Shown here piece by piece: positions 46,869 through 58,577 of a DNA stretch of 64,000 nt. Within the stretch, counting starts at the first letter, position 1. Every line of letters begins with the position of its first letter. The notes under the pieces were generated by a model, which did not search any database, was not told the origin of the DNA, and was given only the letters and a program-made list of their open reading frames with translations. Made by a program: the position numbers and the translations under genes. Source of the stretch: Neophaeotheca triangularis (lineage: Eukaryota); the NCBI GenBank assembly GCA_054600435.1, contig BAAIJX010000007.1:124001-188000 (forward strand). Reading direction: 5' to 3'.

Positions 46869-47972
46869 GCTGCGGCTACGATACCATTGAGATGAGCACG
46901 ATATCACGAATGACGCAAGAAAGCAAAGACGAGAAGGTTGGGATGCAAGTCTCTTGATCATTGTAATAAAGAACAGTCTACTTTAGGCTATAGCAACTAC
47001 CGAGTCTCGAACTCGTCTCGAACTCCGAGATCTCATTCCCAATCAACTTGATAGAGCTGCCATCTTACAACTATACCAGTAGACCTCTCGGGATGTGATG
47101 AAAAGTGCAAGTACTGCAAATACTCAACAGAACCCCAGTAGTACATGCCAAAGTAAATGGTTATGAAGGGTTTATGCCTGTTGAGGGATGCTCTCGGCGT
47201 ATATATATGCTCTACATCACATCGCCCTTATCTGTGGCTCAAAACGCTAACGTGCACACAGGCCAGCATTTCCTATATCAGCGTGGCTCTACGAAAGTCA
47301 CCCGTGAGACCCGGAACCGCGAGGGGCCTTGCAATGCACGCCTTTACTCATCCAACATACGACGTGGCGGAACGCTCTAGACTAGCAAAAGCACCTTCTC
47401 GGCAACAAGTAAGACAGCTTAAGGTCACACCTTCGCCCCTAAGAGGCCCGTAAGAGAGCCATTGTTACAGTGCAGCGTGTGATTGGCTTCGAGCTCAATG
47501 TCGCCAGTCTCCGCCAGGAGAGGTACAAGACTCGAGCGGAAGTCTTTTAGCTGCGGCAATGAATCCGGTAGCAAGCGATGTTTCCGCCAGTATCTGGCCA
47601 GACAGACCTCAAAATCCCGTCCACATGTCCTAGACTCAGGAAGTCTGAGAGAACTGAGGTCGTCAGATCGGCTCCTGTCAAGTGGAGCCGCAGAGAGAGG
47701 GAGCGGCTGGCGGCGCCGGGACAGGCCGGGCCGTTGGGCGATCGTGCAGGGGCGCTAGCTGTCGCGTGGGGAAATCGAGGGCTCGCGACCATCACCTTTA
47801 CCTTTACTAAAGCTTTGCCCGTCCGTCAATGGCTCCTCGATAGATCGTTGCATTTCTCTGTTATCGGCTTTTATCCAAACGGACCAGCCAGAGCATGCAG
47901 TAGCAAAAACATGGCTCTCCGCGCCCACGCACCACCTCCCCAGCCCACACTTACCACGCAACTCCCCCCAAC

Positions 47973-49112
47973 ATGACGGACACACCCTCATCGCAGCCGT
48001 CAATGCGGCACCTAGCCCAAGACCTCCTGCACCAGTCGCTCGAACGCATCGTCCACGACATCGTCGCCACCACGCACCGCGAACACAAACTCCTCCTCGC
48101 TGACCTCGACCCCGTATCCAAACTCCCCATCTGCAAAGACTGCAACCTCCCGAAGCAGCTCTCACCCCCCTTGGCCCCAGCCGTGCGCGGCGCAACCTCC
48201 GACCCCCTAGCCAGCACCAAATACTGCGACCACAAAGCCTGGTCCGGCCGGCCCGGGCACGACATCTACGACAACCCCTTCCCACGGGCCGACGTAACAG
48301 GCCGTCCCCCGACCAAGAAAGAACGCGAAGCCGCCAAACAACAAAGCAGCAAAACCGACGGGACGCCTGCGTCGGAAGAAGCCGCCAACGGCACGGCGCC
48401 GCCGTCGCCCTCGGCCGACGGCGACGCAGCCGGCAACGACAAGAAAGTGGAAAAGGGCGAGAAGAAGGCGTCCAAGATCGACGAGAAACTGAAAAAGGGC
48501 GAGTATGTGCCCTGGCACACTTGTCCGAGTTGCAAGCGCAGTCTGCTCATCACGCGCTTCGCGAAGCATTTGGAGCAGTGTATGGGCTTGTCCGGCCGGG
48601 CTGCTAGCAGGAATGCCATGGCTAGGATGAATGGGAATACGCCCGTGGGGAGCAGGGGCGCGACGCCGAGTGCGGTTTCGTCGTCGCAACAGGAGGGAGG
48701 AGGGGAGGAGGAGGAGGGGGAGGGGCTGGGTAAAGGAGCCGGTGGTGCTGGGGGTGTGAGGAAGAAGCTGCTGAAGAAGGGGTTGAGCAATAAGCTGAAG
48801 AAGGAGAAGGGCGTGACGAATGGGAAAGTGCCCAAGGGGTTTGCGGCTGCGAACAAGCGGTTGCCGACGAATTCTAGGGATGGCAAGGCGGCGTCGCCGG
48901 GGGCTTCGTCGGTCGGGGAGGGGAAGAGGGAGCGCGAGGAGGAGGGCGAGGAGTACGAGGATGGCATACATGTCAAGAAACGGCAGAAATTGCAGCGCGC
49001 GGGGTCGGTGGCGAGTATTGCCAGCCAGAGCACTGCGGCTATGGGCGAGTTGGAGCGTACGGAGAGTAATGATGGAAGTTTTGTGGATGAGGGTAGTGTT
49101 GTTGAGGAGTAG
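47973..49112 (+). CDS. SGF11: SAGA deubiquitination module subunit Sgf11
   Basis: Zn finger CPSCKRSLLITRFAKHLEQCMG; N-terminal helix IVHDIVATTHREHKL. Confidence 0.88.
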   Translation: MTDTPSSQPSMRHLAQDLLHQSLERIVHDIVATTHREHKLLLADLDPVSKLPICKDCNLPKQLSPPLAPAVRGATSDPLASTKYCDHKAWSGRPGHDIYDNPFPRADVTGRPPTKKEREAAKQQSSKTDGTPASEEAANGTAPPSPSADGDAAGNDKKVEKGEKKASKIDEKLKKGEYVPWHTCPSCKRSLLITRFAKHLEQCMGLSGRAASRNAMARMNGNTPVGSRGATPSAVSSSQQEGGGEEEEGEGLGKGAGGAGGVRKKLLKKGLSNKLKKEKGVTNGKVPKGFAAANKRLPTNSRDGKAASPGASSVGEGKREREEEGEEYEDGIHVKKRQKLQRAGSVASIASQSTAAMGELERTESNDGSFVDEGSVVEE

Positions 49113-49450
49113 CTGGGTTATGGGTGTTCAAGGCGTAGATGGGCATGGGCATGGGTATGAGCGTTTTGGGGTTTGTATACACTACGTTGCTGTCTACTGT
49201 AGTATCATGATACATGAGACGAACCGATGCTCTTGCCCTCTTTTCCCTCTGGCACATTGAGAGAGCGCTTTAACTTGTTAGCCCGAAATGTTGCGCTAGC
49301 CAATGGCTGTCTGAACGGATTTGCTAATGCCGGGCAAATTTGACTCTCCTTGGTACACTTGCCTACTCAACATCTACTGATGCAAATACGCAAGCTATAC
49401 CCGTATTATCAAGACGTAATAGATGTGATACAATCAAAACAACTCCATGC

Positions 49451-49555
49451 AGATGATGTCTCCAAGTAAGTGGTTCTTCTTCAAACGGATGATTTCTTCA
49501 AATAGATGTTTTCTTCAAGTACACGATTTCTCCCAAGTAGATGGTTTCCCCAAGC
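49451..49555. repeat. Degenerate 17-19-bp minisatellite, six units, consensus about AGATGRTTTCTYCAAGT
   Basis: Units start at 49451, 49468, 49487, 49504, 49521, 49539. Confidence 0.8.
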
Positions 49556-49922
49556 AGTACCTAAATCAAGTGCTTCAATTGCACTCCGTCACGTCTACGC
49601 TATCATATGCTGTCAAAAGAAACCCTCAAAACCCGGCTGAGTAATGCTCTAACGCTCGGAAATTGTTCGAAGAAAACCGCCAATACCCTGATCTATAGGG
49701 CACTCAACCTGAGCTGCCGTGCGAGGGAACCCAGCATGTCCAGCAGTTGCTCAAACCACTGCAACACGCCTTCACACACCCTATACCGTGCGCGCTCGCC
49801 TTGGTCGCCGTTATTTCGAATAGAGAACGTATGCGCCGTGCGATAACGCTACGAAAGCCTTTCGTAACCCCATCCCAGCCAAGATCACACAGCCTCATCA
49901 GCATTAACCAAAACCCATCCGG

Positions 49923-52049
49923 CTAAACCCTCCGCCTCGGCGGCGGTCGTGTACACAAGAAGCAGGTAAACCCCGCTGGTGCGCGCTGGGCATTAAGTCC
50001 CAAGCAGGTGGAATGAAGCCACTGCGTGCAAGATTTACACTGGATCAGCGGCTGGCCTTGAACGTCGGAGACGCCGCAAACGCAGCGGATTTGTAGGGGA
50101 GGGGCTTGAGGTGGCATGGCAAAGGGCTGGGAGGAGCCGAGACTGGATGGTGGTGGTGCGTTGTTGTAGAAAGGTGCCTGGGGCGGGTATTTTTGGGTTT
50201 GCTCGGCGGACATTGATTCCCAGCGGCGGTTGTGGGCTTCGATGGCGCTGAGTTCGTGAGGCTGGGTGTTATGGGTTTGGTTTAAATCGTTTGGGTTGTT
50301 CTGCGAACGTTGCGGTTTTTGCTGCGCAGCCGCTGCTGTGGGCTGTTCTGAAGACATGTCCATGGGCGCGGTGTCGATAAGAGAGGTGGTGGATTTTGTG
50401 CCTGGGTTCTTCCGGACAGAGGTTCGCCGTGCTGGTGCAACTTTCCTCGCACTGCTTTGCCTGCGAAGCTGTGCGGCCGCTGACATGGCGGCTTTGGAGG
50501 GTGTGGCTCTCACGGATGCCGAAGAAGATGATCGTGGTATACTAAGACCTTCGAGGTTCTCAATCGGCGGATCCAGCCTGGCCGTCTTCTGCCTCCTCTC
50601 TTCGCCCTTTCCGAACGAGAACGAAGGTACTCTGCTCAATGACTGCTCTCCGTCATCCGATTCCTCGTCACTAGAATCGCTATCCCATAGACCCGGGTAT
50701 CGCTCCCGCATCGATTTTGTGGTGGGGCTTTCTGGTGGCTTGACAGTCTCAGTCCGAGCTCTGCCATTCTCGTCAACAACCAGCGTCACTGAAGGGCGCT
50801 GACGGGGTTTCGAAGTTTCAGAGATGGAGCCTAGCGGCGTTCGACCAATTCGCTTGAGAGGAGAAGCAGTCCGAGGAGGATGAGCAAAGCTGCTGGTTCG
50901 GTTTGGGACTTGTGCCGTATTCGCAGTGGGCTGTGCATGGCCTGGCCTGATCGACTCGGTAGTATTGCTTCTACGCAATGCCGGTTCAGGCCGAGTGGAA
51001 GAGCCGTCAGCCTTGGAATAGCTTGCTGCTCGATTTTTGTTGACCAAGGCACTGTCTCTTCTATTTTCCTTGGCAGTTGGCTGCGCCTTACCGGCTCTGC
51101 TGTTCGATCTGCTAGGCACCTGAGCCGGCGAAGTGTAAAGAAGCGAGGGATTGACTCCAGAAGAAACAGGCTGAGACATAGCAGGTGGCTGGAGGTTCGG
51201 CACTGATGACAGCTGAGTTGTTGACGCAGGTCGTGGATGCGGTGCTTGCACGGGAAAGCTATTCATGGCAGGGGTATCAAACGAGAAGGCCTGCACGTTT
51301 GAGTGCCCCATGGAGGTTGTCAACCAGCTCATGTCTTGACTGATGGGTGTGGAGAAAGGGTCTTCCATCATGGACTGCTGCGTGAAATTGTTGATTGGAC
51401 TGGTCTGCTGCTCCCACAAAAGACGTGACTGTGTCAGCACTGGAGCTGTCGCCGGACCCTGATTTGACATCTGATACAAGTCTGGAGAGAACTGTAGCTG
51501 AGGGAACTGCACAGGCGTTTGAAAGGTATTTCCTGTGTTCGAGGATGCCTGGTGTTGGTGTTGAGGTGTCGTGAACCTTCTTGAAGCGATTGTTGAAGGT
51601 GTACCAAAGGCAATCTGATCGGAAGGTGCTGCCATCTTCTTTGAAGACGATCCCCGTGTGGGTGGGGGGGTTTGCATCTGCGACAAGTCCATGCTGGATT
51701 GAGGTTGTATCATTTGATGCTGGTGATCCCATTGCCCACTTCCATGCTGCGAGCTGGTTTGAATAGACGACAGTATGCCTGGTTGAGAGTTCTGTGTCTG
51801 GGCATTGGCGTAAAAGTTTGACCGAAGTGTGTCAGTAGAAGACTGCTGGTAGTGTTTCGGGGTTATGGAGGTATTCTGCTGTTGTTGCGGCGTCCCATAG
51901 CTAGGGATCTGCGGTGTGGAGAAGGCATCTTGGAAGTAGGTAGGGAAGATAGTCGTTTTGGGTGTTTGGTGAGCATGGTTGCCGGGAAACTCTGTACTGG
52001 TTGGAGTTGATCCAGGACTAGGGAAACTGTGGTCGAGCTGCCTACGCAT
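49923..52049 (-). CDS. Low-complexity S/P/Q-rich protein with C-terminal PHD finger
   Basis: IRCVCG...LIQCKSCTQWLHSTCLG...FTCFLC (C4HC3); 708-codon ORF. Confidence 0.85.
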   Translation of the reverse strand: MRRQLDHSFPSPGSTPTSTEFPGNHAHQTPKTTIFPTYFQDAFSTPQIPSYGTPQQQQNTSITPKHYQQSSTDTLRSNFYANAQTQNSQPGILSSIQTSSQHGSGQWDHQHQMIQPQSSMDLSQMQTPPPTRGSSSKKMAAPSDQIAFGTPSTIASRRFTTPQHQHQASSNTGNTFQTPVQFPQLQFSPDLYQMSNQGPATAPVLTQSRLLWEQQTSPINNFTQQSMMEDPFSTPISQDMSWLTTSMGHSNVQAFSFDTPAMNSFPVQAPHPRPASTTQLSSVPNLQPPAMSQPVSSGVNPSLLYTSPAQVPSRSNSRAGKAQPTAKENRRDSALVNKNRAASYSKADGSSTRPEPALRRSNTTESIRPGHAQPTANTAQVPNRTSSFAHPPRTASPLKRIGRTPLGSISETSKPRQRPSVTLVVDENGRARTETVKPPESPTTKSMRERYPGLWDSDSSDEESDDGEQSLSRVPSFSFGKGEERRQKTARLDPPIENLEGLSIPRSSSSASVRATPSKAAMSAAAQLRRQSSARKVAPARRTSVRKNPGTKSTTSLIDTAPMDMSSEQPTAAAAQQKPQRSQNNPNDLNQTHNTQPHELSAIEAHNRRWESMSAEQTQKYPPQAPFYNNAPPPSSLGSSQPFAMPPQAPPLQIRCVCGVSDVQGQPLIQCKSCTQWLHSTCLGLNAQRAPAGFTCFLCTRPPPRRRV

Positions 52050-53626
52050 GGTGTAAGTACATGAGCAGCTTCAGTAGTACCGGCACGAGGCGTGTATACC
52101 CTTGATATGCTTGGTCACAGTCCATTGCGAACTGCCATGCGGAAATAGCAAGAGCAGCGGTTGGAGGAGTGCTTGCCAATGCAAGTATCCTACCAACACT
52201 TGTATTTGCACAGCAGCAAAAATTGCTCTTCCAATGTTTATCCTAAGTCTGGACAAGCTCTTTCTTTACGCCGGATCGGTCATACAGTAGGGCAGGGACC
52301 AAGTGGGCTAGTTGTGGAGTACTTTGTGAAGGACCGGTGAAGAGCCTCGTCGATCAGTCTGGGCTGGATTACGGTATGTATTGTTGGTTACGACAAGCAG
52401 GCAGCAAGCAGGTAGGAATATCGGTAGATGATGCTAATAGTTCACCGAGCAGAGACGAACAAGGGCCGTTGGCTGGTGTCACTGCGGCGGGCCGAGCTGT
52501 ATGTCGTCTCGGTTGTGCTACGGATTGGAGGAGAGGATGAGACGGAGGAGGGGGTGTCAAGGTGATTATGACATGACTGTGAGGAACAGGAGGTATGCTG
52601 GTACAGGTGTTGGTGGTGGTGACGATGATGATGATGATGATCAGTACAGGCCCAGGACTCAACAGTAGTGCTGGGAAGCGAGGGAGGGGGTGGCCGGAGG
52701 ACGGAGTTGGAGGTGTAAGTAGTAGTATGAGGTTTAAGTCAACCGTGGACTTGGCCGTCAAGGAGCTGCAGGTACAGAAAGCTAGCCGTTAGACGGGAGG
52801 AGCCTGTTGGATGGGAAGCCTGGCTTGAACCTGGGGCCAGACTGCGGTGCAAGGTACAGTCCAGTGCGGACTGCATTTGCATCCTTGGGTGGCATTCCTT
52901 TCTCATTATTATTGCCGTTGGCGTGGAGATTTGTCGAGACGAGACGGGAGTAACGTATCGTATGTAAGATTTCCTCTGCCGGCCGGGGGGACCAGCCGGC
53001 CAGCCATCCTCAATAATAATATTAAATATCGCGAGACCAATGCCACTTTGTCAATCAATAAGGGTTTGAATTGGCCCAACTATAACCATTGTCGGTAACA
53101 ATGCCGTGACATATTGATTAAAAGCATAAGGTGCTGATTACCTAGGTACTCCAGAAATGTTATAACTTATAATAAGACCTCCCTACCTAGGGGAAAAAGC
53201 ATATCTCAGCTCAGCTGCCGGCCGTTGGTAGCCAGTCATCTCGCTCGAAGGCATTTCGCTTATATAATAATACTCTGCAAATTCCTGCCCAATCACATCA
53301 TGTAGGTATACTAGCTTCCTCCTCCTCTTCTTTTCTAGATACCTAACCTTACCGGGACATGCTGAGATCCAGTCCCATCGAGGCACACCTCTTGGACACC
53401 GCCACTTTTGGGAGCCCTCGAATGCGAGCTGCTGATCAGAGACGCCGGCTTGGAAAGGCCTGTGTCGCGAGATGCTTTGCTGTGGCTCGAGTTTCAGATC
53501 TACATACCAAGCTCCGAAAGCAATTTATGATCTATCGCAAAAGCGCATCAACGCTCTAAAATCTCGAAACAAGGCATTGTTATTTGTTGCTCGGGCAAAT
53601 AGGCAGAGAAATAGCGTCCTCCCTCG

Positions 53627-55583
53627 TCAAACGCCTGCTTCCCTCTTTTCACCCTCGGCTGATATCTTGTCCTTCGAACCCCTCTCCCTTTCCCTCTCCC
53701 TCTCCCTTTCAGCCTGCTCCGCTTTCTTTTCCTTCAAATACTGGCAAAACTTGCTATTCGCCCGAATCCGATCGCCATACTTAATAAACGCAAAAGGAAT
53801 AATACACATCAGCAAGCTCAAAAACCCGAGCAAACTGCAACCCCACGCGATTCCCAGGCGATCGTACATTGGTCTCGCGGCGAAAGGCAGGATGACGCCG
53901 AAAATGCTGCGTGAGCAGGATGCCGCGCCCATGCCGCTCGCGGCGAAGACTTCGTAAGCGTCGACCTTGTGTGGTGCGCGCGTTAGCTTCTGCTTTCTTG
54001 GCCACGCATCGGTGTGGGAGAGCTTACGATGTAGTTTATGAGCGACATGAACAGCAGCAAGAAGCCGACGCCAAACGGCAAAGCACCGAGCGTCGGCACG
54101 ATCCAGTGGATGTCCTCGTGAGCCGTCCAGCCCACCCAGAAGAGGCTGATGACGAAGAGCGGGCCCCCGAGGCATGCGAGCGGGAGTCTGCGGTACTCTT
54201 CTTTCTGCGTCCAGGGCGCAGGTGGCGAGCGGTTCTGATGAACGTCTACGACGTGGTCCCAGTAGAGATAGATGCCGCACGCGAAAATGGATCCAACCCC
54301 TATGGGCAGGAACGTCAAACCCACTTCACCGGCCGAGAAGCCATAAGTGTCGCCGAAAATGATCGAGTACGACTGGAAGAACACTGCCAAAGACGTTAGC
54401 AACATCACCAACTTCCAAAAGACGACAGAAACTTGCAACTCACTGTAGAAAATGCCATAAATCAGCGCCAAAAAAAGACAGCTAAACAGCACAATCGCCT
54501 CCTGGAAAAACATCCTAACCGGCCTCGTACAAACCACAACGACGACCTCCCTAAAATCCTGCTTCTCCAACTCCGCCTCGGCCACAAACCTCGCCTCCCC
54601 CGTCCGCGCCCTCAAGTCCCTCGCCTTCTTCCGCAGAAGCGTCGCCCCATACGTTTCAGGCATAGCCAACAGCGACGGCCACGTCACCCCGGCCACAATC
54701 AGCGTGAACCAAAAGGACCAGCGCCACCCCAAAGCGGGCGAAATGTACCCGGAAACCACCGGCCCAACCAGCGGCCCCCACGTCGTACCCGCCATGAACA
54801 TGGTGATGGCGAGCCCGCGCGCTTTGGGCGTGCTGTAGATGTCAGCGTAGATGCCGCCGATGACTGAGATGGGGGTCGAGGCGCCTATGCCCGCGAGCAG
54901 GCGGAAGACTATCAGGGCCGCGAAAGTCGGGGCGAGCGCTGTGCCGAGCGTGAAGGCCGTGTAGGGGGTGAAGGTGGAGATCATGATGAGTTTGCGGCCG
55001 AATTGCTCAGAGAGGGGGGCGAAGATCTAGGGGAACATTTGGAAGTTAGCTTTTTCCCCTGTTGGGGGAGAAAGGATGCGGCGGCGGAGTTTTGGAGGAC
55101 GTACAAGGGGTCCCAAGACATATCCGATTAGGTAGATGGAAGTGGGAAGGACGAGGTAAGCCTGGTTCCCGATGTCGAAGTCGTCGGCGATGAAGTCGGC
55201 CGACAGCGTGGCGATGGACGAGCCTATGGTACTGTTCATAACTAGCATGATGCAAGTCAGGACGATGTAGATTTTCTTCGTCTTGGAGAAGTTGTAGGGA
55301 TTAGCGGGATCATCGGGTTCGAAAGAGACGATGGTCTTGTCGTCGCTTGATCGGTGGCTTGGACATGGTGAGGTTGGTTTCGAAGAGTCCCTGGAGGGCT
55401 CGTTGCTGCTGTCTGCGGGCGAATCGGCTTCGTGGTTTGCGCTTGATGTTTCTATTGCGGCGTCAGTGGATGGTCATTTGAGTCGAAAAGTCTCGGGTTG
55501 TTATTGTTGCCATCCATCATACCTTTCTCATCGTTACTGGTGACCTCGGTAAGCGGTGGAACTGTTCTTCCCGACGAATTCAT
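53627..55583 (-). CDS. MFS drug:H+ antiporter (DHA1 family); multi-exon, first intron 55452-55522
   Basis: MNSSGRTVPP...DDPANPYNFS; IGYVLGPL; APLSEQFGR; GGIYADIY; WRWSFW; MPETY; EYRRLPLAC; DAYEVFAASGM; PFAFIKYGDRIR. Confidence 0.9.
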
Positions 55584-56113
55584 AAGAGGTGAGGGGTAGC
55601 CCTTTACGAGCAAAAAGACATGTAGGACTGAAACGAACGGAGGTGCAATGACATTTGTAAAAGAAAGATCGAACGCTGTGTATGTAAAAGGGCGTGCAAC
55701 TTGCCCGCTTTTTACAATTGTACTGTGTTAATCATTATGCTTCTAATCGCTAGCTGCAAAGATCATTACCCTTCGAAGCGCATGTTCAAAGCCATGCTTC
55801 GCGGTTCTCGGCATGTAATGTGCGCGTTGGCAGGCTTTCCGACCCCGGGTTTTTGCATGTGCAGACTCGCCTTATTCCCGATCGTCCCTGACCCATTGAC
55901 TTCTCGTCTCGTCAAAAGGGTCGTTCGGTGACCGAGAACATCGAGATACTTTTGAATATGGCGACGAATTTCGGTTGGTTGCTGGCCTGGCCTCCGGGAA
56001 AGTGCAATCGAGTTTGACAGAGCGCTGTGGCGTGGAGCCCCGCGGTTGGCCCCAGACCGAGCATCCGGCCAAACAGAACTGAGCTGAGAACTGAGAGATA
56101 CCAGACTCCATGA

Positions 56114-56699
56114 TCAGGCTTCCAAGTTGATACTCCGGCCAAAACGACCATACAGCGCAGCCTTGAGCGACTGCATCTCCTCGCGGACTTCGCTCAGCTG
56201 GTCTTCCACAGTCGATAGCTCGCCGTCGATCTTCTCAACGGAACTCGAGAGGAGCTCCTGGACTTGCGAGACTGGCAGCGAGACAAAAGTGTCGCCTATG
56301 CGGTATCTGGTGGATTATGTCAGCATTTCGAGTCGTAGTAGCGTAGTTTTGCTGGGAGAAGAGCGACTGACGGGACTTTGTCCTCTTCGTCGGCGAGCTC
56401 GAGTTCGCCGGCGACTTCTTCGAGATCTTCTTTGTCTTTCTGGGGGTCTTGTTAGAGCTTTGTTTTTGGTAAGAGCAGTGGATTCTATCGCACCTGCTTG
56501 ACTTTGAGCTCATCTTCGAGGTATTGTTGGCGCGAATGTAGACGACTGAAGCGGTTGATCTTCTCTTGATCCTCCCTTCTGACCTCCTTTTCATCGCCAC
56601 CGGTGGTCTCTTCCTCCTTTGAAAGCTACATCATGTGAGTTGCTGAGTTGGTGACATTGTAGCTTTTACTCCCCGACTTACCATGCGTCTTGAAAACAT
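56114..56699 (-). CDS. GIM3: Prefoldin subunit 4; 4 exons, introns 56626-56681, 56440-56493, 56307-56371
   Basis: Spliced MFSRRM|LSKEEE...EVRREDQEKINRFSRLHSR...KQ|KDKEDLEEVAGELELADEEDKVP|YRIGDTFVSL...LYGRFGRSINLEA*. Confidence 0.93.
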
Positions 56700-56938
56700 G
56701 TTTGCTCTGTGTGTGTTTGATAATCAATGCCCTTTGGTTCGATGCCATCTCAAGTTCTTCAAGTATTCCCTTTGAGGCTAGCGCGGAAGCTTTGACCACA
56801 CAAGAACATCACTCGAAGTCAAGGTGATGGGATGTGTTGGCTTCGAGTTCTGTTGAAGTGAATGCTAATGTTTTGGGTATCATAATGTACTATACATATC
56901 ATGAGAGTTCACAAAAGGCCACTGCGAAGGATAACGTT

Positions 56939-57804
56939 TCATCGGCCCCCCACAAATCTCCTCATGCCAACGTCCTTTGCACTCTTGCCTTTGTCTGCAC
57001 GCTGTTTGGCTTGCATGGGATGCTCTTTCTCCCATCGCTCATCCTCCTGGAACCTTTCGACCGCAGCCTCGAGATTGTACTCGGCTTGCTCGAGATAGAG
57101 AAGCGCAACATCGTATCTGAGCGAAAGGGGAACGCTTGGTCAGCCATCAGCTGCATGTCAGATTTACGGCACTAATTCGCAAGCACTTACTCGGCAACCT
57201 TGCACTTCACCATCCACTTTCGCACCTTGGTCCTCTTGATCTCTTCTTCCTCGCCCTCTACAGGCTGCGGGCTTAAGCTCACGCCACCCTTGTAGTGCTC
57301 GCCCGGTATTAATATCGTTCGTCGACCCTGTACCAGATGATCCGAATAGCAGTTGTTCGTCTTTCGTAACGCGTTTATTGGGACATTGTAGGCTAGTGCG
57401 AGCGACTGCATAGTATCATTGGGTGTGAGGAAGTGTAGCACATCTGGCGCTTGCTCTTCAGGTGGCGCCTTCTTTTCGTCGGTGACCATATGTCTCCCAT
57501 CGCTACTGTATGCCGGAGGTCTATCGTCGTCTTCTTGCTGCTCAGGTGGCGGTACTCGTAAGTCTTCTAAGCTAGTGTAGGCTGGAGGATCTCGAAGACC
57601 CTGCGGTAAAGCCGAGGGCGTTGTGGTGATTTGGCAGTATGGGCAGTAGGTTTCGTATCTCTTATTCTGGTTCAGACATCGAGCACATATCGATCGTCTG
57701 CAACATTCGAGTTGTCGGCCGGGTAAGAGTGGTTTCTCGGAAGCTGGATCGTGTGCTGAATCGTAGTTTTGGGCGCATGTGGCGCATGCAGTGCTGTTGC
57801 TCAT
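56939..57804 (-). CDS. Intracellular protein: RING-like Zn finger, PPxY motifs, LysM, UBA-like C-terminus; intron 57117-57190
   Basis: CATC..ECCRRSICARC..CPYC; PPAY twice; HFLTPNDTMQSLALAYNVPINALRKTN (LysM); YDVALLYLEQAEYNLEAAVERF (UBA-like). Confidence 0.82.
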
Positions 57805-58577
57805 GGTTTCGATCGATACCGCAGCTCGTGTGATAGATATTGATGGTAGCGAGTATACATAATACTTAGTAGGTATAGGTATGGATCAATGATACCTAGG
57901 TAGGTCCCTTTATTATGCACATGGTCAATGACGATGTATCTGCATGGATGTGGAAGGCGCTTATCGATAAGGAGGTGCAGTCTTCGCATCGAGCTCGCAT
58001 TATTATTTGCACTTGCGGCGGCTTTGCCACGCGGGAAGGCCCAGCCCAATCACCCCGAGAACCGGAAAGCGGAAAGCGGAAAGACGGCGGCGTGCCAAAT
58101 CTCATCAATCAACACCCGCAGCCCGTGGCAGCGAATGATAATAATGTGGAGTGACGTGAGAGAGGTTTTGATTGACTTTCTACCTGAACCTGCCCGGCCT
58201 GGTTCCTGCACGCTCCGCCTCGTTCGTTCGCCTCCTTGACTCTTGACTCTTCACTCTTCACTCTCCCCCTCCTCACTACTCTCCTTCTCACGCGACTCTT
58301 GCAAACACTCACTACTGCCCTCCGACAATACACCTTACCTACTCTACGACCTCCTAATCAAATTGAACCTTACCATTAACCGCCATACGCTCCTTTCATT
58401 AACGACCAATAACAAACACTACACTTTCCTTGATCTTACGACTTCCCACCTGATCCTTCAAAGCTTCGAGTCCCATTATCCACCACAGCGCAACCCTTAC
58501 ACCTCTTGAAAGACTGCGCAAATCACGCTCGCGCCATCTGGCGCACCTTTCTACACCACAGCATACTTTTGATCCGA

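Noticed and set aside
49451..49555. CRISPR-like interpretation of the tandem repeat
   Set aside because: No unique spacers, eukaryotic context, no cas genes.
53677..53712. (CCCTCT)n-like repeat
   Set aside because: It simply encodes the ER-repeat C-terminal tail of the DHA1 transporter on the minus strand.
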